A DNA stretch of 64,000 nt from Balanoglossus misakiensis (taxonomy: Eukaryota > Animalia > Hemichordata). Position numbers and translations under genes: made by a program. Positions 24,801-36,800 of the stretch are shown piece after piece (position 1 is the stretch's first letter; each line of letters starts with the position of its first letter). The DNA is taken from NCBI GenBank assembly GCA_040954595.2, contig CM082593.2:7166043-7230042 (forward strand), written 5' to 3'. The notes under the pieces were generated by a model. It saw only the letters and a program-made list of their open reading frames with translations. It searched no databases and was not told where the DNA came from.

Positions 24801-27800
24801 CAGGACATTTTCCACCCAATCAGGGTTATAAGGTTATAGGGATAGGGTTAAGGTACATGTAGGTGTCGGGGGGGGGGGGGTGATTAATGCCCAAGGGGTG
24901 ACTGTCATAGAAGCCATCAATAGTCTTGGTGCGAGAGACAGAACAATTGAGGGTATCTTGGTAATGTTTGATACATCTATTATCAGGTGTTGTCTGGAAT
25001 CAAAGATCGGTGAAGTTTCACATTGGCACAAGAGCCATATTTCAACAAACCATACGACTCCTTACAAAACACACACACACACGAGCTTGAGAAAGTTGAC
25101 TTGGCAAATTAAAGCAGAGTCAATTCACTTATATCGAGCATAAAACAAGAAGAAACAACAGTCCTGACACTTTTCAGAGTACATACGTGATGACAATGGT
25201 GTATGATTGCCAGAAATGACTCTCCTGAGTGTAAGGGCCTGAACAGAATTAACCGGGGGAGGGCTCTTAAAAATTGGGTACATGAAAAATTGGTGACACC
25301 TCCTTTGTAAATTCGATCCAGGCTGTAACTAAAACCCAAAAGAAACAGTTTAAAATCAACCCAGCAAGAGTTCACCTTTGTCAACTCAAGTGGCACAACT
25401 TTCAAAGAAAAACGATAATGTGATACTTTGATTCTCTCCTGACCCACATTTTAGTTCGACATGATCAGGTTTAGTTCATAAGATCAATATTTACAGTAAC
25501 ACGATACAACTTTATTGCACAAGTACCATTATTGGCCTGATTTATCAATTGTAGTTTATGTGACCAGTCATTTGTGGGCTGTTTATGTGGAAATCTGATG
25601 AAAGACATTGTGGTATGGAAGTTTAAGAATCACATCATAGAAATTTGTGGAACTGAGTGGTGATGCATAAGTCGAATGTGATGTGAAGATCCTATAACAT
25701 CAGCTGGATTTGTTTGAAATATTACAATCGGTGCATATTTGTAGTGGTTCATCAAAGTTGACCAAAGTTGGTCTACAGTCAAACCTGTCTATAGTGGCCA
25801 GTCAAGGGACTTTCCTAAACTGTCTTTTATAGACAGGTGGCCTCTATAGACAGGTCAATTAATGCACATGTGAATTGCGCAGTGACAATGTGGCCACTAT
25901 GATTTTGGAGGTTGCCACTGTGATTTTGGAGGTGGCCACTAACACAGGTTTGACTGTATATAGTTTGAGGTTACGAATTAAAACTTGTCAACTACATACC
26001 AGCTGAGGTATAGGATAAACACTCAGTGTTTCAAGGTTTAGTGCTTTCTCCTGTTTCTCAAAAAGCCTGCCTGGTTAACATCGGCGTACAAATTAGCAAC
26101 AGCTTGTTGGTGATAGACCATCAATTACCAAGAGTGATGTCCGATACTTTGACGTTTAATGAAGACAGCCTGTAGTTGTCAACCAATTCCAGACACTGTG
26201 TCATATTGACTCCCACCGACTGGAGGTCATTTTAATTTTTCCTTTTCATAAAATGCAATTATATCTCAGCTGAAATGAAGGAACAACTGGCAGTCATTTG
26301 ACCCGTGTCTATCGTCACTGCAAGATTAGGACTGAAAATGTCATAAATTACTACCCATCATAGCGTTCTGTTGACGGCCATTTTTCATATTGGCCTCCAA
26401 TAGCATCACATCACATTCCAGCACAAATTTGCAGTTTTAGAATTATGAACATAACGATCTTTATGCCCGCATGGAATTTCAAAATCACGTTTCTATGTCC
26501 GTACAAAAACTGTCAACGCTGATAATTGCATGTACGATATTCAGTCCCTGCCATACAACTAGATGTCGGTGACCTAAAGTTGTCTTAACCTTTATGAAGA
26601 TCATGTCAGCATACTGGGTTCTGGAACATGTGCTGTCTGTCTCAATTAAGACCCGGTGAATTTGTCCAGCAACTTTTCATGCCAATTTAACCTGAATCAC
26701 CAGTCACCTGCAGTTTTTAGTTGTCTGCAGCAAAGAAGTTGCTCACATGACCAAATAAATGAATTGAGAAAGACAGTAATTTGTTGTCTTTCATTGCATG
26801 GGTTAATCAAGCATGATGATACTGTACATATTACCTGGTCTCTGGTTTACAAGATTGCAATAGTGGTAATCAAGAAATTAAGTGTACGTAAATTGTTTGG
26901 AAATGTCTGTTTAGCTGCTGATGGTGGACCTTCGAAGATTCCTCCATTTGTGAAGTTCAGGTGGTGAATTGTTCAATAAAGTGAGGTTGAAGATGCTGTG
27001 GTTGTACTGGTATATTCAGTAGATACCTGCAGATGGAGTTCAGCAAAGGAATTCCTGTCTAGTCCCAAAGTGACAATGTGCTAACTGGGCTGCTAAAACC
27101 AGCCTAGTCTGTTGCTAGCATCCAATGCATGTGCACTAGATTAGTAGTGGGCTAACACAGTGCTAACACTAGGCTAGCCTGTACCTGGCATTGGGTGGTC
27201 CTGGTCTGACATTCATACACCATGGCAGGTAATGTATTTACGCGGTTTTGGCCTTGAGCTAGTTGCATCACCTCAAAGAAGATGGCCCCACGTTGGCACC
27301 CTCTGGCTCTTGGTTTATTGAAATGACAGACCTCCCATCCTTGCAAAACTCTTGTTAGTCTAGTATCTCTGTTCGCCCTTTTCGTAGCCCAGAGCCGTTT
27401 CGTGGATGCCAGTGGTTGCATGCCATCACTGACCACGGTCATACTCATCAGTTTCACAGTTCGTGATCCCCTTGTATTTGACACTTCAGGAAGTGGTCGC
27501 CGATAACAGATTCTGTCTTTTTTCGATCAAAGACGGGGTCTGTCATCGAACAAACCCTCTCTTGTTAGTTGATTGCTGTGACCAAGTCAATAAATAAAAT
27601 TCACCTCGATCGAATTTCACAAGAATGCAACCTTTTGCAATAATTTATTTTCAGTAAGAGTTGTTGATTTGTGCAAGAAGACAGAACGTGTTGTACGGCG
27701 TTAAACAGTGTGATGTTTGGCAAACAGGTTCTAATGCGAAGCAAAAATATATAAAATGTGGTGTTCGACGTGTAAGAATGGCCTAGTGGGAACATTTTGC

Positions 27801-30800
27801 GAGGGAAGGGAAGAATCATGTGAACGTGCATTTGGATGGTGATATTCTATACACCCTAGTCATGGACCTGATTATGAACATGAGTTTGTTTGAAAGAAAT
27901 TGGCAGTCAAATAAACTCTCTGTAGATCTACATGTAAGCAAGTGTGGAGATCTCTCAGAAGTGTCAATTTCTGTCTCAAACTTCCCTTGGGTGAAATTCT
28001 CTGCAGCCAGATCCCGTTGCCTGTCAAGGTTACCAGGGAACAAAAGTCTGAAAGCTAAACATACCTCCCCAAACTTGCTGCAAGCTTAAAACTGTCAGTG
28101 ACAAGATTTGTGTTAATTGTTTGCCCGGAGGTGTCGGCCATCTTTAATAGTGTGTATCCGAAAAGATGGCCCCGGGGTACATGTATGGCGATTACGTATG
28201 TGTATAGCCCGTGTTTGTGTTTATAACTGTTCTTGTGAATTGTTCTAGAGCTCGAGCATTTTGGGCATGCGGTACCAGCTGCAAATCATAAGGAGAGCTG
28301 CTGTTTTTGCAGAGAAATAAACTCTTAACCGTTCCAAAACACTCCTATGTTCCCGAAGCACTTTCAAATGAAAGGACTTCTGTCATGTTGACGTACGGTA
28401 AATATTTTGAATCTTTACAGTAATGTGGGATTTCTAGTCTCTCTGGTACAGTGAAGGGGTCAACATTGCACACACAAAAAAAGACTGGGAACCTTTCAGA
28501 TCAGTGGATTCTGTGATTAAGTAATTCGGTCCTCACATGATCTGTGGTTTATCCGACCACGGAAAAACATAAGGCCCATTGTAACAACAAGTACTATTAT
28601 GTTCGTATTTTATTGAGAATGAAAGGTTAATTAGAAGGATTATTCCCATCCCGTTCCCTGCAGGTCAAAACATTAGTGTTAAAAAAATGGTACATATAAT
28701 CCACACTGACCAAATAAATGCCAAAACAATGTTCAAATAATTATGATGGATTGAATATTCAATGTGCCACTATTTACACTTATATGTGACCCGAGTAGGC
28801 CAGCCTGCATGTCAATTCTAAAGCTTTGCTGTATTATTTCATTTAATGGTTACAGATACTTTTTTGATGGTTGATACACAGAGGCATAGTACATACAGTG
28901 AACTCACAGCTGCATTCTTGATCTGTCGTTTGGGATTTTTTTTGGGGGGGGGGGGGGATATCACTTCATGGTATGGTAGTAGAGAACTCAGAAGAAATGA
29001 CGGCGTACTCATAATTGTGGCAAAAGGATAGTGTGAATTAGGAGTGAAATGTTGTGTGTGGAACTTCTCATGTACAGTAGTCGTGCAAAAAAATGGCAAC
29101 TTTGGCCCTTTAATGGACTAGCTATCTTGCCGTTATCTTATCACATCTTAATTGCCTTCATTGATGAGCATAGACCTATGACCTCTGTGATGTTCGACTA
29201 GTTAATAACTTCACTGTACAAAACACCACCACGATATACTCAACAGATAATCTGATTTAATGCTGACTTTGCCGTTTTAGCAGCAATTTATCCAGTCACT
29301 GTCCGACCGGTTCAATGTCAAAAGTGATTTTAAACAAGATGGTGCCGGCTTGCCCCTTGTCCAATCAAATCGAAGAAGACTTCATAACTGACTGCTGATT
29401 GGTCACTTCCTTGGTACCCCCAATCAGTATAAATTAGCTTGTCGATGAATGAAAAAACAAATTCCTGATCTAACAATTTATTGCAAGCATTGATAGTCAG
29501 CCTGTTAAAAATTTTAAAAAAAGAGCAATTTCACATCAAATACAAATCCTAGTGCCTCGCAGTGTATGCTATATTAAGTGTAGGGGTCCCGGGCATACTT
29601 GAGGCCTGGCACATGTGTTGTGGCTGCAAAAACTCAAAAGATATAAAGAGTTAAAACCATAAATAAACAGGCTTTGCGAAAAGAGGAAAAGAATGTTTCT
29701 GTGACACAAAGTGAAACATTAAATCCAGCTCCGGGCACCAGAAGGTTTCGCAGAGGTCACGCAGAAGTCACATGTAGTCACAACAAACACTAGGCCCACA
29801 GGACGCGTTTGAAATCTCAGCCTCACTCGCGTACGTGTAAACCCCGCATATCATCTGCCAAATTAGCTTGATTAAAGCCCCCTTTAGTTGAATTTGAAGA
29901 ATTTGTTGTGGTCCAAGAATCGACCGTGTTATCTAATGTTTATGTCTGTGTCGAAGGAAGGAGGCAGATCACGTTTGTGAATGTATGTACGGAGTTCATT
30001 TGAGGCACTTGTACTTTGGGGGGTGAAGCTCTATTATCCATAATTTGGTTTTTTGCAGTGTTTTTTCAGTGAATTAACTGTAATTTCTTGTTCCACTCGC
30101 TGTAAGCACACTAAAGTGCACATATTGCTTGTTGACATAGAATGTATATATGTAATTGCCACTTATCATTGACAAATGACTTCAAGTGCGGATTTGGACT
30201 CTATGAACAATAACATTGCTGATTTTGAAACCATATGGACTGGCTTTACAAGCTCAGTGCTGCATATTTCACAGAGCTATAGGAATTCAAAAATGAAACT
30301 GCAGTTCAGGTTGATACGCAAGATGAAAATTCTGAACAAATTTTTGTTTGTATGAAATGGGAAAAGATTCATATTGTATTGAAGAAATATGGACTGAGTT
30401 TGTGCGATCCAGAATTACGTTACATGTAGACTGTAGACATATTTACAGGAATGATGCATCAGCCATTTTGAAAATCGACTCCATAAACTTGGCTTTATAA
30501 TGCACATACAGTTAAACTCCAATTATCCGAACTCCAATTATCCGAACTGTTTGGTTATCTGAACTGCTGTCATGTCCCCCAAACAGTTCTTTTGTATAGG
30601 ATCGTTATCCGAATAACCGAACTGTCTGCATATCCGAACAAAATCAATGTCCCCCTGTCAGTTCGGATAATCTGAGTTTTACTGTAATGACATTGTATAG
30701 CTGGTTGCACCATCGATCTGACATCGATCGATGTCCTCCATGATGGAAGTAATGTGTCGATGAACTTCTGAAGAAGATAAAGCAGCCTTCATTATCAATA

Positions 30801-33800
30801 GCTACCTGTCATGGTCTCACCTACCTATCAAATATTTGTCCCTGTCATGAAGTATTTGGAGTAGAAACACAAATAAAGGTCGAATGCCAATTGAGATACC
30901 ATCAATGAAGCAACTTAATTAGGATCCTTGGGGGTTGCCGTGGCAGCAGGCGGCCATGTTGGAGTAATGATAAGATAATGGTGGCACCATTTCCTTTTGT
31001 TGTATTGTATACACAGGGTGAATCAGCTAGTTTGACCCCAAATCTAAGGACAAAGCAATTACCCAATGTAATTGTTTGCGTTTGCCATCTTCACCTGCTT
31101 GCCTATACATAAATGGCCATTTGATGCTGATTTTTAAATCTTTAAAATTCATTTCTTGAAAGGAATGCGAAGTGAGTTGCATGATTCAATAGTTGCTGCA
31201 CAATCTAACTTCACACACGATTGGATGACAATGTAAAATCAGTCTGTGTTGCTGCTGCACGAAACAATATGGTATCATGCAATTTCATGTAGTTCTCGAC
31301 ATATCATTTTGATCTTCAAGAAGTACATGCCCATATTTTGCAGACAAGTTTACAGCAAGATTTGTGCCATATACTGTAAGAATTAAGCCATCGAGATCAT
31401 AATTATTTGATAATTTATGTACCATACCTTTGTCAGTGTACACAGTTCACACTCTGGGCACTCAACATTGTTTTAATGCCACAGTTGGCAAGCGTAGATA
31501 ATCTTGTACAAATCTTGCCCATGCTTTATCTACATTTTTTATCTGCTGGGGCACAAGTATCGGCTTATACAGGAAGGAAAAGGTTTTCAGCTCAACACCC
31601 AGTTGAAAAACTTCCTGTAGGAAGTCTGTCTATTCATAGATCTCCTTTGTATAGAATGCTTGGTTCGTATTACGGTACTTGAAATTTTCAGTGGTGCAGG
31701 TCTGATGGTTTTTTGCGGTAAATATTATGGATTATAATCTTGGCCTGATCTCTACAAGTACAAGATTGACTGAGTGGCACTGGTCATTCGTGCGCTGGAC
31801 TTTTCAAGAAGCAAGGCCAGTGGTCACACTGGTCATCTTGGTGTTCGACACTGCCACCAATTTTGGCCGATGCAACGCCATCATGAACCAACCACTGATG
31901 TGCCATATACCAGTGTGGGGCCATCAACTTCGTGGTGGCGGCACTAAGCTTTGTGTGGGAATGCCCCTGTCAGCCTGGTTGCAAGATAACTGTCCCACAC
32001 ATCAAACTATATGTTGACATTGAAAATGGTCCAGAATCTCCAAAATCAATCTTTGCTATCAAATACATTTTATTGACCAAAAACCCCACTGGTTTGTGAT
32101 TTTTACAACCAGGGTGATGTTTATTTACAGAAATGAAACTTTTTTTTTTCTCACTTAGCGTGGGAGTAATTCTGACCCTGTCCCGGTTGTAGGGTGAAAT
32201 TAAATCATAATGCACTGGGACAGCACTTCCCTTGGGAGAGATAAGTTTTCTAGCTGTGTAATTGATCAATTTCCTTGAAGCCATCTTAAAAATAAACAGC
32301 TCCACGCAAGGCTGTGCCTTCTGTGTCAACAATTGGCTCCTGGTTGTGGTCCTGTCTGATGCTTTCACTACAGTTATGGTGGTTGATCACAAACCGTGAA
32401 ATTTCTTGCTTTTCCCACCCTTCCCACTTTGATTCCCGATTCCCAAATGTTTGCCGTCTTTCGGAGGATGCATCGAAAGAGTGGAAATGTCTGATGTAAT
32501 CCTATAATCTGTCTAGGACCTAGCCTAGGCTGAAAAATCCTTTCTGGGGAGTATATATCCCAGTCTGTGTGTTCACACTCATTTGCAGTTAAATGCCTGA
32601 GTGACAGGTTTACGATGAGAAGGAACTGATAGTACAGTACAGTCTGCACAGATGAAACAAAGTCTGACAGTTCGGAAATTACAGTGAAGAAACAGAGTGA
32701 TTTTGTACTGCAGTGTTTATAAATCTTGTGAGAATCCAGGAAATTTGCCAAGGAAGTCGACAAACCCAGCCAAGATGCCAAGTCTATGCTTCAAGGGCAA
32801 TGTGGAAAACATCATATGATGTCTTGATAATGTTGTCAGGGGCAGGAAAAAAGCCAGAATTTTATTTCAACTTTGTGATTTTAGAACGTACAAAAAATGA
32901 TAAATTATGTACCCATACACATTGAGATCACCCTTCACCCCATTAGGCATTGCAAGGTAGCTCGCTCAAAAGCTGGAATTCTCAACTTTCTAACTTTACT
33001 AAGATAATAAACGCAGCGGCCATGTGTGAGAAGCACCCCTTTCACCCTACGAGGCATTCAGCGTCTTTGCGAGCCAGGCACGGATTGAAACAATGAGTCA
33101 TTTGTGCGTGTTTCTCTCTTGATGGACCATTGAATTACATCGACCCACCCACCAGAGATCGTCACCTCATACTCCGGTCCCCGCAAGCCCACGTATCGTG
33201 CTGTGGCTGGCCTCAGAAGGCTCGAGTAAATTTAATTGTAATATTGTTTCAGCTGCCAATGATTGATCGTGCTTTGCTGCCGGGATTTGATGTAAACACT
33301 GCTGTGTGGTGCGCTCGGCCGATTGGTTATCTCATCCCACTGATGTATCATGGGAGGTTATCAATGGGTACTTTGCATCGTGGGTAATTAACACTTTAGG
33401 TCAGAGGGCACTTGCGACTTTGCTGTCTTCTTGAACATGAAATTGAGGAAAGGGACCATCATCATTTAGTGGAGCATTGTCATAGAATTGGCAAGCAAGA
33501 TCTTTGAAGTGTTATGTGTCTTATAAAGTGCTTTTTGTTTGCTTATTAAAACTGTGCTACCATGTTGGGATCGATAACCATGCATGTTCTGGAAATGTGT
33601 TGTTAATCTGTAGGACAAGGGATGAGTCCATTTTTTTGGATTATATAGAAATGGCGAATTTATTATTTGAATTCAGTGCTCCTGCAAGATGGTGGTGCAG
33701 TTCTTTGTTGCATGGGTGAAGATGGACCACCAAGAAGTCAGAATCACTTTCAAGTAGTTTAATTATCTTTGGAAAAAAAGAAGATTTATTAAATCAATCC

Positions 33801-36800
33801 AAGCAGATATTTAGGACTTAAAGTGTGTTTTCCTTCCCCCTACTCCCAACTTGTAACTAATTTCTTTGAAATTTTGTACGAAGGTTGTGACTTTGGCCCT
33901 GCTGGCTTTGTGCGCAACAACGGACATGGTTCCCATCAGTCGTGGATGACCAAGTTTGCCATTCTTGGTGGCCGGGCTCGCATACTTCGGTGGAGACACG
34001 CATGGTGTATAAGACATTGATGCATGGAGTTTTGGTGATTTATGGTGGATTTGGACACGCTCTGTCTGTTGGGATGTCGTCGTGGTGAATGAGCTAAAAT
34101 GGCCAGGTGTTGTGGTTGGCGACAGAGTGACTCTTCTTTGCCCCCTGAGCCATGTTCAAGTACTTACACTTATTGTCCATCTTTCATCATGTCCAAAGCA
34201 GAGAAGACAAGTGTCTCAGTCTTGATGTATTGGTATTTGCATCAAGTCCCACTTCTCCTTGACCATGCAATTCAAGTGCGAAGATTAAAAAGATTTTTTT
34301 TTTCACTGAATGCAAGTCCTGTTCTTGTTAGAACTACTTGTACATTTGTCCTTAATCTCATCGCATTATTTTTTTCTAAATTATTCCAAAATGAAAATGG
34401 AAGGTTAAGAAAGAGAACTACCCTTTAAGCATGTGCAGTGCCTCGACCAATACCAGATCTGACCTTTGACCTTGCAGACGTCCGATTATAACCACGAGCC
34501 CTGGTTTTTTGGAGACTTTGCAAGTAAATTTGATCATGGTTGTCTGCTCTCTCTCACACTGCTCTTAGACCGTGGCCATGAAATCTCCCGGCTAAGAGTA
34601 CTTTTCTCCAGGAATGTTTTAATTGCCTCCCCGTAAAGTACATCAAGCTCTTTTTCGGTCGGAAGTTCGTGCGTGTCGGTAATTACCTGAGCGCGGCGAC
34701 AGGGTCACCCTTCTTGTTCAAGTACAGGACTTTTAATTAACCTTGTGACCTGCGCATATTTGGTATTCATCAATGGAGGTCTGTGTGTCCCACATTTGTG
34801 TCAGACTGTATTAGTCAAAGTTGCTTGTTCTTTCGTGGTTCTAAATAAAGGGACTGCAACATTGCGACACACATCTGCTGTATCTGTTCTGTGTTGTTGC
34901 CATGGAACGTCCAGTCTGTTCAATGTTAGTACACGTCTGGAGAGTGAATTATGGGATAAAGTGCTCGGTCAGATATCTGCCAAAAATTTGAAAAATGATG
35001 TAAAGTTTCATGACAGACAAGACGTGATTTCATTGCCCGGATTTTCTTCTTCAAGATTTATGAGATGCACAGACTGGAAGTAGTAAATATTCTCGATTTG
35101 AAAATTTGTAGAAGTAACTGTCAGCGGAGAAATGTTTTGTTTCAACAGTTTAGTCAATGTTTCTGGGCCAATCTTTTGAAGGCATACAATCACCCATAAT
35201 TTATATATGCCCATATATGGTTAAAATGGTCGTGTCGAAGTCTTGGAATGACCATGTGGTGGCGCACTTATTTGCATGGCCACCCTGTGAAAATCTGTGA
35301 TTGGCTAGATCTCAATTCTCCATGATAACAGTGGCTAAATCATTTTATTTCATTTCAGTAACAATTTGGTAATCTCTCAAAAAGAACACAGTGCCAAAAA
35401 AGTGGAGAAAAGGATATGTCTTTGCTCCTGTAGAGTTTGACTTGAAATTTGTGTGGCTTCTCAATTATTTGAAGTGTCAAGCTGAATTGTTGCACATGGC
35501 CGTGAAGCCAATTAGTGCAGAAGGTTTATGGTGTGAACTAGCTGTTTTCACAAGGCGACCAAAATGCCTGTCGGGTACATGTATTCACGGTCACCCTGAC
35601 ATAACCTGTCCAGTTTGCTGGTCAGGCAAGATGCATGGAATGTGGCCAGCTGTTAGGGAAAAAAACTTGAACATGAGCAATCAGAGCTAATCCTAAATAA
35701 TTAGTTGGTTTGTTTTGCTTTGCTTTGTTCCAACAGTAGATTACTGCATAAAATTGAGTCAACCAGAAACTGGGAAAGTGGACGCTGGAAATATTTGTAT
35801 GTACGGCACAATTGTGGGAGGTGGATGAAGTTTCCATGTGTGTACATATTTGTTCTCCTTTGCCTTCGGGCAACGCACACAAAGTAATTTCAGAACATGG
35901 TTGTAACCTATTTCTGGGGCAGAAACTGCCTGTAAAAATCACAGACCGCTGTCTGAAGATTTCACTAAGGCAGACAAGACATGCCTGCAGCCATTTCTTT
36001 ATCTGGCCATACTTTCAAATCTGTGTATGAAATATTTCAGTATTTGCATATTGTGACCCTGCTGGCTGAATTATAATCAAGTTGAAGTGGGTGATCTGTG
36101 TGTGGCCTCCAGAGGGCGCTGTAGCATTCCGTGGAACCAAAGAAAGTGTTTTCACTGGAAATTCTTGTTTCAATATCTCCTCTCATGACGTAACCATTAC
36201 TCTTGTCATGATATTGAGGCCACCACCTTCGGAATTCACTGAACCAGATTTTTATCTGTGAATATTCTAAAGATATTGAGTGTGGTAGAACTGTGGCAAA
36301 GTTCCTTGAGACGAAAATAGAATGAGTAGTACTCAGACTCTCGGCAGAGCGTAAATTCACTGCTGAGATATCTCACGTTTGTGAAGAGAACTTTGCGAAG
36401 TTCAGACAGATAATTTATATTAATTGTCAGATGAATGTGTACATGTCTGTGGGTGTCTCCATTAACCAATACTATGAGCGAAAAGACCATGATGTATAAT
36501 GGTGTAAATAAAAAAAGCTTTCTGCTGTCTGCATCTGCTCAATACATCAAAATTTTACAGTCTTTATAGATGCGGGAGGTTCTGTGATGGAGACCTGCGT
36601 TCTGACTTTAAAACTACTTTTTACTGAATTAGCCTTGAGTATTGATGGAATTTTCAGCGGGTCAGCCGTGAGTTAAGTTGACCAGATGAATGTGCACGCT
36701 TCGCGATATGTGTGGTGATAATTCATGCTGTTGTCTAAACGAAGACTACTGAACTCTGACTCACTGTGAAGATCAAACACTGTTCTTTAAAAATTATTCC

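Noticed and set aside
27075-27180. CTAG-rich stretch with an 8-bp inverted repeat
   Set aside because: Stem too short and irregular for a pre-miRNA or MITE.
30509-30684. Short interspersed direct repeats (TATCCGAAC; GTGGCCACTA in family C) suggestive of a CRISPR-like array
   Set aside because: They are sub-terminal repeats of eukaryotic MITEs, with no regular spacers and no cas genes.
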